A stretch of DNA of 43,154 nucleotides, taken from NCBI GenBank assembly GCA_038851075.1, contig JAWCLG010000009.1, forward strand, positions 1 to 43,154, written 5' to 3'. Every line of letters begins with the position of its first letter. Position 1 is the stretch's first letter. This DNA is from Candidatus Hadarchaeales archaeon (lineage in GTDB: Archaea; Hadarchaeota; Hadarchaeia; Hadarchaeales; Hadarchaeaceae). Position numbers and translations under genes: made by a program. The notes beneath the pieces are model-generated. The model did not search any database and was not told where the DNA came from. It worked only from the letters and a program-made list of their open reading frames with translations. This document shows, piece after piece, positions 19,527 through 28,433 of the stretch.

Positions 19527-20346
19527 TCCTGCGGGATATCTGAGCGAACTGTTCCGGTGAAAGTTCAAACACCTTCGTCTGACCCATCTCTCCGAGTATC
19601 CCGTCGACCATCTTCCTCCTCTCGAGCTTTGGCAGCTTTGACCCGGGAAAGACCTCTTCAAAAGACCTGTAAAGCGCGTTTCTGGCCGCCTGATTTCTGT
19701 GCTGAAACATCGCGCGCACAAGAGCTGAGAAGATCCTTTCGTCCGGGACTTCGAATGGCGGTTCTCTTGGCTTTATCAGGACTACCCTTGAGGAGACATT
19801 CGGAGGAGGATAAAATGCATTGGGGGGAACCTCATCAAGAAGTTTGACTTCGGCTCTCCGGTAAACGTTGACGGTGAGGCGTCCGTATTCCTCTGAGCCG
19901 GGGCCGGCCACCATCCTCCTGGCAAACTCTTCCTGGTACAGCACCACGCCTAGTTCAAACTTACAATCCAGCAGCTTGAAGGTGAGGTCCGAGGAGATGG
20001 AGTAAGGAATGTTTGAGACCACCTTGTCAAATTTCGGGAGCTTTATCCTCATCACGTCTCCGAAGATTAGATTCACGTTTTCATGTTCCCCTGCGATTTC
20101 TTCGAGTATCCCTCTGAACCTGCGGTCCCTCTCCACCGCGATGACCTTTCCCGCCAGTCCTGCCAGCATGCGGGTCAGGTTTCCGGCGCCCGCCCCGACT
20201 TCCAGAACAACCTCGTCGCCTCTGAGCGAAGCATGCCCGACGATCCTGCGTAGGACGTTTTGATCAACGAGGTGGTGCTGCCCGGCCCGCCTGCAGGGTC
20301 TTATCCTAGCTCTTCTAAGGACCTCCGGAATCTCACCGCGCATCAT
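19513..20346 (-). CDS. rsmA: 16S rRNA adenine dimethyltransferase KsgA/Dim1
   Basis: GQHHL, VLEVGAGAG.LT, SNIPYSIS, YGRL, FYPPPNVSS. Confidence 0.93.
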   Translation of the reverse strand: MMRGEIPEVLRRARIRPCRRAGQHHLVDQNVLRRIVGHASLRGDEVVLEVGAGAGNLTRMLAGLAGKVIAVERDRRFRGILEEIAGEHENVNLIFGDVMRIKLPKFDKVVSNIPYSISSDLTFKLLDCKFELGVVLYQEEFARRMVAGPGSEEYGRLTVNVYRRAEVKLLDEVPPNAFYPPPNVSSRVVLIKPREPPFEVPDERIFSALVRAMFQHRNQAARNALYRSFEEVFPGSKLPKLERRKMVDGILGEMGQTKVFELSPEQFAQISRRITSP

Positions 20347-20377
20347 TAATTATAGCCGGCGCCCTGAATAATTAGAT

Positions 20378-20719
20378 ATGGTTGGAGGGATGCAGAAAAA
20401 ACTTTTTGATGAGATAGTCCCGCTTCTCAGGGCCGGGAGCGGCATAACGCCTGAGGTGGAGAAAAAGGTCGTCGAGCTGTACGGGGACAGGGGAAAGAGA
20501 GCGCTTGAGGCCGTAAAGTCAGGGAAGGTGATCCTCAGGGGAAAACGGTGGTTCGTGCGCGGAAAGGAGGACGAGTACGAGGTTTTCAGGACCTTTTGCA
20601 CATGCAGAGACTATGTTCTGAACGTGGCTACCGGGAAGACCAAGTCGGACATGTGCTATCACGCCCTCGCGAAGAGCATATGCGAGGTGCTCGGGTCGGG
20701 TCATGTGATTGAGGAATGA
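20378..20719 (+). CDS. SWIM zinc-finger protein
   Basis: FCTCRDY...MCYHALA (CxC...CxH). Confidence 0.8.
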   Translation: MVGGMQKKLFDEIVPLLRAGSGITPEVEKKVVELYGDRGKRALEAVKSGKVILRGKRWFVRGKEDEYEVFRTFCTCRDYVLNVATGKTKSDMCYHALAKSICEVLGSGHVIEE

Positions 20720-21346
20720 TCAGGCGCTCGGACATAGGTCCCTCACCGGGCACCTTTCATGATCCGGTTTTCTGGCCCTGCAGTACGTTCTTCCGAGCTG
20801 TATGAGAAGCACGTGCGCCAGTCTTCTTTTCCCCTCAGGTGTGATCCTCTCCAGCTTTTCCTTCACCTCCTCGTAGCCATCGTTTTCTGCCGCAAATCCA
20901 AGGCGCTTCGATACTCTGAAGACGTGGGTGTCAACCGGGAGCACATCCCTGCCGGCCGCGAACGCAAGCACAACGTCAGCGGTCTTTTTTCCGACTCCGG
21001 GCAGCGATGTCAGCTCCTCCCTCGCGAGGGGGTACGGCATCCTCAGCACCTTTTTGAGGTCGCCACCGTACTTTTCAACTATCATCCGGGACATTCTCTT
21101 CAGATGTTTTGACTTTGACCGGTACATCCCTGATGGCATTATTAACCGCATGATATCGCTCAGTTTTGCGCGCGCCAGATCTTCAGGCGTCCTGAACCTG
21201 CTCATGAGTCTGACATATGCGCGCGCCGCGTTTTTAGAAGTTGTGTTTTGAGATAGAACTGTTTCGACCAGAATCTGGAAAGGGCTGCCCCCGCTCGCCT
21301 CAAAAAGGTGCAGGGCCAGATTCAGTCTTTTTAGAATGAGCACCAT
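20720..21346 (-). CDS. nth: Endonuclease III (HhH-GPD)
   Basis: PFQILVETVLSQNT, LPGVGKKTADV, PVDTHVFRV, C-terminal C-X6-H-X2-C-X5-C; start reset to ATG 21346. Confidence 0.9.
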   Translation of the reverse strand: MVLILKRLNLALHLFEASGGSPFQILVETVLSQNTTSKNAARAYVRLMSRFRTPEDLARAKLSDIMRLIMPSGMYRSKSKHLKRMSRMIVEKYGGDLKKVLRMPYPLAREELTSLPGVGKKTADVVLAFAAGRDVLPVDTHVFRVSKRLGFAAENDGYEEVKEKLERITPEGKRRLAHVLLIQLGRTYCRARKPDHERCPVRDLCPSA

Positions 21347-21404
21347 CCTGCGATCTGGGCCTATACTTAAAACGGCGGGTCCCGTATTCCTTTTGGTGGT
21401 TGCA

Positions 21405-21797
21405 TTGCTCGCCACGGACATCCTGAATATAGTGGTGCTCCTAGGCTCTTTTGCCTTTGGCGTTGAGGCGATGTTCATAGGGATGGGCGGAAGGTTGATG
21501 GTAGAGTACAGGCGCGGCAGGAGGATGGTCCTCTTCGAGTCCGCGCTGATCGGGCTGTCGATCGCAGGGTGCGCGGTCCTGACCTCGTGGTCAATGGGAC
21601 TGGACCCGCCATTTATGGCGCTTTTTCTGGCAGTATATACCGGGATTGCCGGAGCGCTGATCCGCCTGTTTTCTGGTGGATGCAAGGAGCGGAGAGTTAT
21701 CCAGCATGAGATGATAACGGATGATGAGCTTAAAGGTATGCTGGAGAGGAAGGGATTGAAGGGTCTAGTTGACAGAAAGCGTGCTGATGGGGATTGA
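21405..21797 (+). CDS. Hypothetical membrane protein (about 3 TM helices)
   Basis: Hydrophobic helices; TTG 21405 after GGTGGT avoids overlap with nth (track start 21336). Confidence 0.6.
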   Translation: MLATDILNIVVLLGSFAFGVEAMFIGMGGRLMVEYRRGRRMVLFESALIGLSIAGCAVLTSWSMGLDPPFMALFLAVYTGIAGALIRLFSGGCKERRVIQHEMITDDELKGMLERKGLKGLVDRKRADGD

Positions 21798-21801
21798 CCG
21801 T

Positions 21802-23760
21802 TCAGCTTCTGTACCCGACTCTCTGCTTCAGCGTCTCGACTGACTCCGGGTTCAGAAGAGTTGATGTATCTCCGATCGGGTCGTTCGTCACGAGGGCCTT
21901 CAGTATCCTGCGCATGATCTTGCCGCTTCTCGTCTTTGGGAGTTCATCCGCGAAAACTATCCTCTGGGGCCTCGCGATCGGGCCCATCGAAGTGTCGACG
22001 TGCTTCATCAGCTCTTTTACAAGGTCCTCGGATGGTTGGTAACCCGGCTCCAGTATGACGTAAGCGACCGGCACCTCTCCCTTTATCTCGTGCGGCATCG
22101 GTACCACCGCACTTTCCACAACCGCAGGGTGCCTGTTCAGGGCGTCCTCGAGCTCGGCTGTTGAGAGCCTGTGCCCCGCCACCTTCATGACGTCGTCCAC
22201 CCTGCCGGTTACCCTTATGCAGCCGTTGGGCAGTTTTCTCGCACCGTCGTTGGTGACGTAGTACCTGTAATTGTACTTAGCCCAGTATGTCTCTCTGTAT
22301 TTGTCATCTGCCTTGTAAAGCCCCCTCAGCATGCTGGGCGTTATCGGGGGGACCTCCACCAGATATCCCCCCTCTCCGGCCTTTATCGGATTGCCGTCCT
22401 CATCAACCACGTCCAGATTTGCCCCGGGGAATGGTCTGCCCGCAACGCTTGGGATGAAGGGGCCTATCCCAGGAAGCGACATTATGAGCGTGCCTCCGGT
22501 TTCCGTCTGCCACCAGGTGTCGGTTATCGGGCACCTTCCCCCGCCTATCACGTTAAAGTACCACATCCATGCCTCCCTGTCTATTGGCTCGCCGACCGTG
22601 CCGAGCAGCCTGAGGCTGCTGAGGTCGTGCTTTTTCGGCAGTTCTTCCCCGAGTTTTACAAACATTCTTATCGCGGTCGGGGCGGTGTACAGAATTGTAA
22701 CTTTGAATTTTTCAATGATCCCCCACCATCTGTCTGGGGCAGGATAGTCCGGTGCGCCCTCGTAGACCAGCATGGTCGCGCAGTTCAGGAAAGGACCGTA
22801 GCATGCGTACGAGTGTCCGGTTATCCATCCGATGTCCGACGTGCACCAGTAGATGTCGTCGTCATGGATGTCAAATACCCACTTTGTGGTCCAGTAGACC
22901 TGCGTCAGGTATCCTCCGGTCGTGTGTATCACTCCCTTGGGCCTTCCAGTCGTGCCGCTCGTGTACAGCAGAAACAGCATGTCCTCCGAGTCCATAACCT
23001 CGGGTTCACACTCGGGTTCGACCTTTTCCATTAGTTCATGCCACCAGAAGTCTCTCCCATGCACCATGTTTACGGGATTGCCGGCGCGTTTGACGACGAT
23101 CACTTTCTGAACGCCTGTGCCCTTCACACCATCGTCGGCGCTGGCCTTGAGGTTAACAACCTTGCCGCGCCTGTAATACCCGTCCGATGTGATCAGTATC
23201 TTTGCCTCCGCGTCCTCCAGCCTGACCCTGAGCGAGTCGCTGCTGAACGCGGAGAACACGACGCTGTGCGGGGCGCCTATCCTCGCGCATGCGAGTATCG
23301 CTATGTACGCCTCGGGTATGAGCGGCATGTATATCCCGACGCGGTCTCCCTTCTTCACGCCAAGGCTCTTCAGGACGTTTGCAAACCTGTTCACCTCCCG
23401 GTACAGATCGTCGTATGTCAGCACCCTGGGGCTCTCCTCAGGTGGCTCCGGGACCCATATCAGGGCCCTCTTCGATCCCCTGCCGGCCTTCACGTGCCTG
23501 TCAACCGCGTTGTAACAGGCGTTTATCTTGCCGCCGATGAACCACTTCACGTACGGGGGGTTCCACTCGTAGGGTCTGTCCCACTTTTTGAACCATACCA
23601 GCCCCTCAGATGCCATCTGTTCCCAGAACTTTATCGGGTCCCTTGTGGATTTCTCGTAGATCGAAGGGTCGCTTATCCACGCCCTTTTCTTCATCTCATC
23701 GGAGGGCCAGAAGACGTCCTTTTCTTTCGGGTCCTCAACCACCCATCTTTTTGCGCTCAT
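21802..23760 (-). CDS. acs: Acetyl-CoA synthetase (AMP-forming)
   Basis: YTSGTTGRPKG, DIGWITGHSY, DTWWQTETG, GRVDDV, LPKTRSGKIMRR. Confidence 0.95.
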   Translation of the reverse strand: MSAKRWVVEDPKEKDVFWPSDEMKKRAWISDPSIYEKSTRDPIKFWEQMASEGLVWFKKWDRPYEWNPPYVKWFIGGKINACYNAVDRHVKAGRGSKRALIWVPEPPEESPRVLTYDDLYREVNRFANVLKSLGVKKGDRVGIYMPLIPEAYIAILACARIGAPHSVVFSAFSSDSLRVRLEDAEAKILITSDGYYRRGKVVNLKASADDGVKGTGVQKVIVVKRAGNPVNMVHGRDFWWHELMEKVEPECEPEVMDSEDMLFLLYTSGTTGRPKGVIHTTGGYLTQVYWTTKWVFDIHDDDIYWCTSDIGWITGHSYACYGPFLNCATMLVYEGAPDYPAPDRWWGIIEKFKVTILYTAPTAIRMFVKLGEELPKKHDLSSLRLLGTVGEPIDREAWMWYFNVIGGGRCPITDTWWQTETGGTLIMSLPGIGPFIPSVAGRPFPGANLDVVDEDGNPIKAGEGGYLVEVPPITPSMLRGLYKADDKYRETYWAKYNYRYYVTNDGARKLPNGCIRVTGRVDDVMKVAGHRLSTAELEDALNRHPAVVESAVVPMPHEIKGEVPVAYVILEPGYQPSEDLVKELMKHVDTSMGPIARPQRIVFADELPKTRSGKIMRRILKALVTNDPIGDTSTLLNPESVETLKQRVGYRS

Positions 23761-23818
23761 GCGTATCACTCAGAGTTCAATTAGCGTTTTATTGATTCCA
23801 TATAAATTTTTCGTGTTC

Positions 23819-24391
23819 TCATTTCACGTGTTTGAATCTCCCGTCCAGCGCCTTGACGATCTTTGCCGAGCCCGGAAATTCCCTGAGGTACGGGCTCAGG
23901 TCCTTCAAAACCGCGCTCCAGAGCTCTTTCAGGTCATCGGAGACGTTGCCGCGTTCCCTGTACTTTAACGCCTGGACCATTATCGACAGATAGTCAGCCA
24001 TGTGGACGAGCTTGGCCTCGGCGGTCTTGCCATCCCGGTACTCCCTCCACAGCTCCATGTATCTGTCTGAGGATTTCGTGCCGGCGACGAGGTCTTTCAT
24101 CGCGCTTTCCTCGGCCCTCTCCTTTTCCACACGTTCGATGTGCTTTCTTGCAGGATATGGTATATCCCCGATGAGCGTCTCTGGCCAGTCATGTAAGATT
24201 GCCATGGAAAGCGCGCGTTTGAGGTCGATGTTTTTTATCGCCAGCTCCCCGGAAAGCAGCAGCGTCATCGCGGCAACGTCGAAGCTGTGCTGCGCGACAT
24301 CCTCAACCTCACCCAGCGGAATACCGCACAGGAGCCATCCGGTCCTCGGGATCAGCTTCAGTCTGTTCAGTTTTTCCAGAAGGTCATCCAT
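23819..24391 (-). CDS. HD-domain hydrolase (YfbR/HDDC2-like 5'-deoxynucleotidase)
   Basis: LKLIPRTGW, EDVAQHSF, LHDWPE..IGDIP, AD.L. Confidence 0.88.
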   Translation of the reverse strand: MDDLLEKLNRLKLIPRTGWLLCGIPLGEVEDVAQHSFDVAAMTLLLSGELAIKNIDLKRALSMAILHDWPETLIGDIPYPARKHIERVEKERAEESAMKDLVAGTKSSDRYMELWREYRDGKTAEAKLVHMADYLSIMVQALKYRERGNVSDDLKELWSAVLKDLSPYLREFPGSAKIVKALDGRFKHVK

Positions 24392-24795
24392 CACACCACC
24401 ATCAGCTTCGCGGTTTCGACCCCTCTGAGAGACCCAAGGCGCTCGTGCAGCTTCTTTATCGTGGCTCCCGGCCCCTGCACGATCAGCGCCTCAAGGCACC
24501 TCTCATCATCAACGTGTAAATGCTGGACCGACTTTATCACCTCGTGGCAGTCGTGCTGTATGTCGATCAGCGAGTCTGCGAGTCCCCTCACGTCGTGTCT
24601 GTACATTATCATGATCGCCCCGAGCTGTTTTCCTCTCAGCTTTCTGCGCCATCTGTAAGCCGCCAGAAATTCTCTGAGCGCATCCCTGATGGCCTCGGAT
24701 CTGCTCGCGTAGCCCTGATCCTTCAGCGAGACGTCCAGCTCCTCAAGCAGCTCCTCCGGCAGAGTCAGGCTCATCCTAGTTATCTTTTCCGGCAT
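24391..24795 (-). CDS. nikR: Nickel-responsive regulator NikR
   Basis: RHH domain RMSLTLPEELL...SRSEAIRDA; Ni site QHDCH...QHLH...CLE intact. Confidence 0.93.
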   Translation of the reverse strand: MPEKITRMSLTLPEELLEELDVSLKDQGYASRSEAIRDALREFLAAYRWRRKLRGKQLGAIMIMYRHDVRGLADSLIDIQHDCHEVIKSVQHLHVDDERCLEALIVQGPGATIKKLHERLGSLRGVETAKLMVV

Positions 24796-24813
24796 GGTAC
24801 CACTTTGAGTTAG

Positions 24814-25527
24814 TCACACGATCCTTTTCAATATTTCATTGAGTGCTCTGGAAAACCTGGTCCTCAGAATTCTTTCGGGCCGTCCGATGCATTCTTCCAG
24901 CTCAGCGTCGAACGGAATCGATCCAAGGCAGGGGGCTCCGAGATCTCCGGGTTTTCCGGCGTCATCCATGTTGCTGATGATCCCGAGCAGTGTGCTTCCA
25001 GAATCCCTGAGTACGCGGACCACCTTTTGCGCAGACTTCACAGCTAGGGGTGAGGGAGTGGTGATCACGAGGAACTCCGTTCTGTTGATTAGCCTCACGA
25101 GGTCCAGAAACTCATCGCCTATCCCCGGAGGCGCGTCGACTATGAGCAGGTCGAGCCCGCCCCATCTCGTCACGGTGAGCATCTCTGTGAACGCGTCTGA
25201 GACTTCCCTGCCCTCGAGCGGCAGCGGCATGTCTCCGGAGAAGTGGACCACCGACATCAGCCTCACACCGCTGACGGCCGGAGGGATTAGTCCCCTGTCC
25301 TCTGCGGGTTTTTCGTCACGGGCCCCCAGGATGAGGTGAAGACACGGGGACTGGAAGTCCAGGTCAAGAAGTCCAACCCTCTTTCCGGATTTTGCGAGAT
25401 GCAGCGCAGCCGTCGCAGAGATGACGCTTTTTCCGACTCCTCCCTTTCCGCTGACAACAGCGATTATCCTCCTCACATCCCTAAGGGAGTCGTCTATTGA
25501 TGGTGGTCTCGGGTCCAGCCTATTCAC
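24814..25527 (-). CDS. hypB: Mrp/MinD-family ATPase, ATPase-type HypB (Thermococcales type)
   Basis: MNRLDPR..., SGKGGVGKS, DLD, DAPPGIGDE; lacks the CxxC of Fe-S carrier Mrp after NM; GTGA overlap with hypA. Confidence 0.75.
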   Translation of the reverse strand: MNRLDPRPPSIDDSLRDVRRIIAVVSGKGGVGKSVISATAALHLAKSGKRVGLLDLDFQSPCLHLILGARDEKPAEDRGLIPPAVSGVRLMSVVHFSGDMPLPLEGREVSDAFTEMLTVTRWGGLDLLIVDAPPGIGDEFLDLVRLINRTEFLVITTPSPLAVKSAQKVVRVLRDSGSTLLGIISNMDDAGKPGDLGAPCLGSIPFDAELEECIGRPERILRTRFSRALNEILKRIV

Positions 25528-25925
25528 TCCGATACCTCTATTCTCTCCACCCATATTCCTCTCCCTCCGGTGATTTCAAAGTCCGGCCCCCCGCACGAGG
25601 GACATCTGATGAATGCGTGCGCCACTTCCGGTATGAAGTGAATCGCCTCGGCCTCGTCGGGGTCGAGCTTCTTTCGGTCCATTTTCCACTCCTCTCCGCA
25701 CCTTCTGCACCTGAATGCGGCCTCGACTTTAGCGAACTTCCACTTCGCGCCCTCAAGAATGGTTTTTCTCGAAAGCTCCCCAATGGCCAGCAGCATGGCG
25801 TTCTCGTCCAGTTCCTGCAGTTCACCGACCGCCACCTCGACGCTTTTAACGCCGGAGGCGCCGGCTTCGGCGGCCACCTTGATCACTGTCGAGACGACTG
25901 CCCTTGCAAGTGCCCACTCGTGCAT
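25524..25925 (-). CDS. hypA: Hydrogenase nickel metallochaperone HypA
   Basis: MHEWALA, CRRC...AIHFIPE...CPSC, GGRG. Confidence 0.94.
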   Translation of the reverse strand: MHEWALARAVVSTVIKVAAEAGASGVKSVEVAVGELQELDENAMLLAIGELSRKTILEGAKWKFAKVEAAFRCRRCGEEWKMDRKKLDPDEAEAIHFIPEVAHAFIRCPSCGGPDFEITGGRGIWVERIEVSE

Positions 25926-25967
25926 GACCTCACTCCAACTGATGCGTCCCTCTAAAAAGCACCGCTG

Positions 25968-26930
25968 TCAGAGCCTCTCCAGAAGGGCCCCCGTCATCAC
26001 GGGCAGCAGCAGTGTGGCATCCCCCTCGACCGTGATGTGTCTCGCGCGTTCCCTGATTTTTCCCCAGGATATGGCCTCTCGAGTCCTGGCGCCGCTCAGG
26101 CTTCCGTCCCACTCGGGCGCGGTCGTGATGTATACCGCATAGTCCAGCCCGCCCTTGAACTGGTTCCACCAGATGACGTGATGCTTGCTTATCCCGCCCC
26201 CGATTATCAGGGCCCCGGAGCGCTTCGCACCGAAAACAAGGTCTGCAAGTTCCTGCTGGTCCTCGAACTCGTTGATTCCGAATTCTCTGTGCGTCTGCCA
26301 GAACAGCCAGAGCTGCGATCCCACTGCACCGTCAAATATTCCCGGTATGTAAACCGGTACCTTCTTCCTCCACGCCCACCTGAGTATGGAATCTCTGCCG
26401 GCTCTCCTTCCCAGCTCCCATGCGAGCTCTCTGGTCGAAATACTTCTTTTTCCCATCCTCCACAGCTCGTTCAGGACCGGCTGTATCTTTTCCTCGAGCA
26501 CAATTCCGTAGTTCTTCATTGGAACGAAGACGTTGCCTATCCTGTGTATCCCGGCCCGGTGCAGCTCCACGTCGTCCACGTCGAAGTCTCCGTGATGGTA
26601 TGTCGCCCAGGATCTTGCGAGGTCATGATCGAGCGTTCCGCAGGTCGTCACTATCACATCGATAAGCCTCTCCTTCACGAGCGTTCTGATAACTCCCCTG
26701 CATCCAGTCGCGATTATGCATGCCGGAAATGATAGAAACTTCAGGCACCCTCTGTCGCGCACCATTGCCTCGAGGAGGTCAACGGCCTCACCGGTCTTTT
26801 TTGCCACGAATCCGCCAGATCCCGCCATCTCCCTGGCCAGTCCGTCCAGACGCATCCCGCGTTTGACGGATATGTCCCTCACGGGGGGACCGAGCAGCCT
26901 GCCGCCTTTCCTTGTTCTCTTTACATTCAA
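25968..26930 (-). CDS. dys: Deoxyhypusine synthase
   Basis: TTCGTLDHD, RIGNVFVP, GGGISKHH, WDGSLSGA..REAISWGK (catalytic Lys). Confidence 0.88.
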   Translation of the reverse strand: MNVKRTRKGGRLLGPPVRDISVKRGMRLDGLAREMAGSGGFVAKKTGEAVDLLEAMVRDRGCLKFLSFPACIIATGCRGVIRTLVKERLIDVIVTTCGTLDHDLARSWATYHHGDFDVDDVELHRAGIHRIGNVFVPMKNYGIVLEEKIQPVLNELWRMGKRSISTRELAWELGRRAGRDSILRWAWRKKVPVYIPGIFDGAVGSQLWLFWQTHREFGINEFEDQQELADLVFGAKRSGALIIGGGISKHHVIWWNQFKGGLDYAVYITTAPEWDGSLSGARTREAISWGKIRERARHITVEGDATLLLPVMTGALLERL

Positions 26931-26934
26931 GGGT

Positions 26935-27945
26935 TCATTCCCCGAAAAGCCATGAAAAGTCAGGAGAGCTTTTTCTTGGCTTCGCCCTCTCCTTCAGAGA
27001 GTGCGATACCAGCGGCAGCGCTATAGTGGCGTCGCAGTAGCACACAACGTTCTTTCCGGTCGCTGAGATCTTTCCCCAGCTGACCGCCTCCTGGAAGGTG
27101 CATCCGCTGAGCCCTCCCCACTGCGGCGAGTCTGCGGTGATCTGTATGGCGTATTCGTGGGGGTAGGGAACCTCTCCTCCCCTCATGAGGTCGATGGCCA
27201 CAGCAAGCAGCTGAGTGAAGTCCTTAGGGACGCCTCCGCCGATGTAGACCACTCCAGTCCTCTTGGCCCTCTCGCCGATCTTCACGAATTCCCTAAAGTC
27301 CTCCATCTGATCGATTCTGACGATCTTTCCCTCCTTCTGGGCCTCAACAGCGGCTATGCCGTAACCGCTGTCCACGATGGCGGGGCAGAAGATCGGGACC
27401 TTCTTCCGGGCCGCGGTGGATACTATGCACTTTATTCCCTTCTTCCACAGCCAGTTTCCGAAGAGGTAAAGGAACTCCCGTGATGAGTAGGGGCGGTCCT
27501 CGAGCGTCATCATGAACTCCTTTATCAGTCTTTCCATCTGGCGGTACTCCAGCTCGTCGGCGTAGACGTCGTAGAACCTGTCTATCTTGTGCTTCAGCAG
27601 ATCCGCGTCATCAACGAACGGAGATCCCTTCCAGTAGGTTCCACCCATGGCTTCCAGCAGGTCCTCAGATATGTTGGCGCCGGTTGAGACCAGAATGTCC
27701 ACGTATCTATTCTCGATGAGCCAGCAGACGATCTTCCACATGCCCGTCGTGCTCATCGATCCCGCGTAACCCATTATTATTGTGAGGTCCTTTTCTCCGA
27801 TCATCTCCTCCCATACCTTAGCCGCCTCACCGAGCTTTCTGCCCTGGAATCCGGTGTCGGCCATCTCGGAGAGAAGCTGTGATATGCTCTTGTCCTTCAC
27901 CTCTATCGTCTTCATCTTTTCCTTGAAGTAAGGCGTCTTCCTCAC
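26935..27945 (-). CDS. Second deoxyhypusine synthase-family paralog
   Basis: GFQGRKLG, STGANI, FCPAIVDS, GGGVPKDF, QWGGLSGCTFQEAVSWGK, DATIALP. Confidence 0.88.
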   Translation of the reverse strand: MRKTPYFKEKMKTIEVKDKSISQLLSEMADTGFQGRKLGEAAKVWEEMIGEKDLTIIMGYAGSMSTTGMWKIVCWLIENRYVDILVSTGANISEDLLEAMGGTYWKGSPFVDDADLLKHKIDRFYDVYADELEYRQMERLIKEFMMTLEDRPYSSREFLYLFGNWLWKKGIKCIVSTAARKKVPIFCPAIVDSGYGIAAVEAQKEGKIVRIDQMEDFREFVKIGERAKRTGVVYIGGGVPKDFTQLLAVAIDLMRGGEVPYPHEYAIQITADSPQWGGLSGCTFQEAVSWGKISATGKNVVCYCDATIALPLVSHSLKERAKPRKSSPDFSWLFGE

Positions 27946-28034
27946 GGGCGCACCTCAACTCATTCACCCGACGTCACTTAAAAATTTTGTGAAATTCCTG
28001 TCGTGGGTCCCAGCCTCCGCACCCGCAGTTTTTA

Positions 28035-28062
28035 GTAATATTTATATATCAAAAAATATTAC
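28035..28062. promoter_or_regulatory. Candidate NikR operator GTAATA-N16-TATTAC enclosing the TATA box TTTATATA (28041-28048)
   Basis: Perfect 9-bp inverted repeat GTAATATTT/AAATATTAC; 6-16-6 geometry as in the E. coli NikR site GTATGA-N16-TCATAC; nikR about 3.2 kb away. Confidence 0.7.
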
Positions 28063-28078
28063 CCTGATGGGTGATAAA

Positions 28079-28432
28079 ATAGCGTGCTTTCTTGTCCCGA
28101 TGGCGCTCGGCATAGCGACCGTCCTTCTGTACAGAAAGTTCCCGAAGAGCCTCCACGCTGGATGGCTTAACGCGCTACTCTGGGGAGGAACTCTCATGCT
28201 CATGGTAGAACACATTGCGCACGGTGAGATAGTGCTTTACCCACCGTTCCTGACGGCGGGGCTCGCCGATGTCCTGCCAGAGATGCTCAGCGTGGGAGTT
28301 CCTATGATGATGGTGAATGTCGGGATATGGTCTGCGATGGTTCTGATAAGCAGCAGGATGGCGAGGAAGTCGGAATTCGCTTCGAGGGGCATCGGTGCGA
28401 GGACGGGTGTATTTAGAAAAAAAGTGATCTGA
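28079..28432 (+). CDS. Small 3-TM membrane protein A (candidate nickel transporter subunit)
   Basis: (M)ACFLVP..., LLWGGTLMLMVEHIAHG; start probably ATA 28079 after GGTGAT, alternatively ATG 28067. Confidence 0.75.
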   Translation: MACFLVPMALGIATVLLYRKFPKSLHAGWLNALLWGGTLMLMVEHIAHGEIVLYPPFLTAGLADVLPEMLSVGVPMMMVNVGIWSAMVLISSRMARKSEFASRGIGARTGVFRKKVI

Positions 28433-28433
28433 G

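Noticed and set aside
21347-21685. 113-aa N-terminal extension of nth in the ORF track
   Set aside because: It is the antisense of the neighbouring membrane gene; a TATA-like element at about 21361-21372 supports the shorter start
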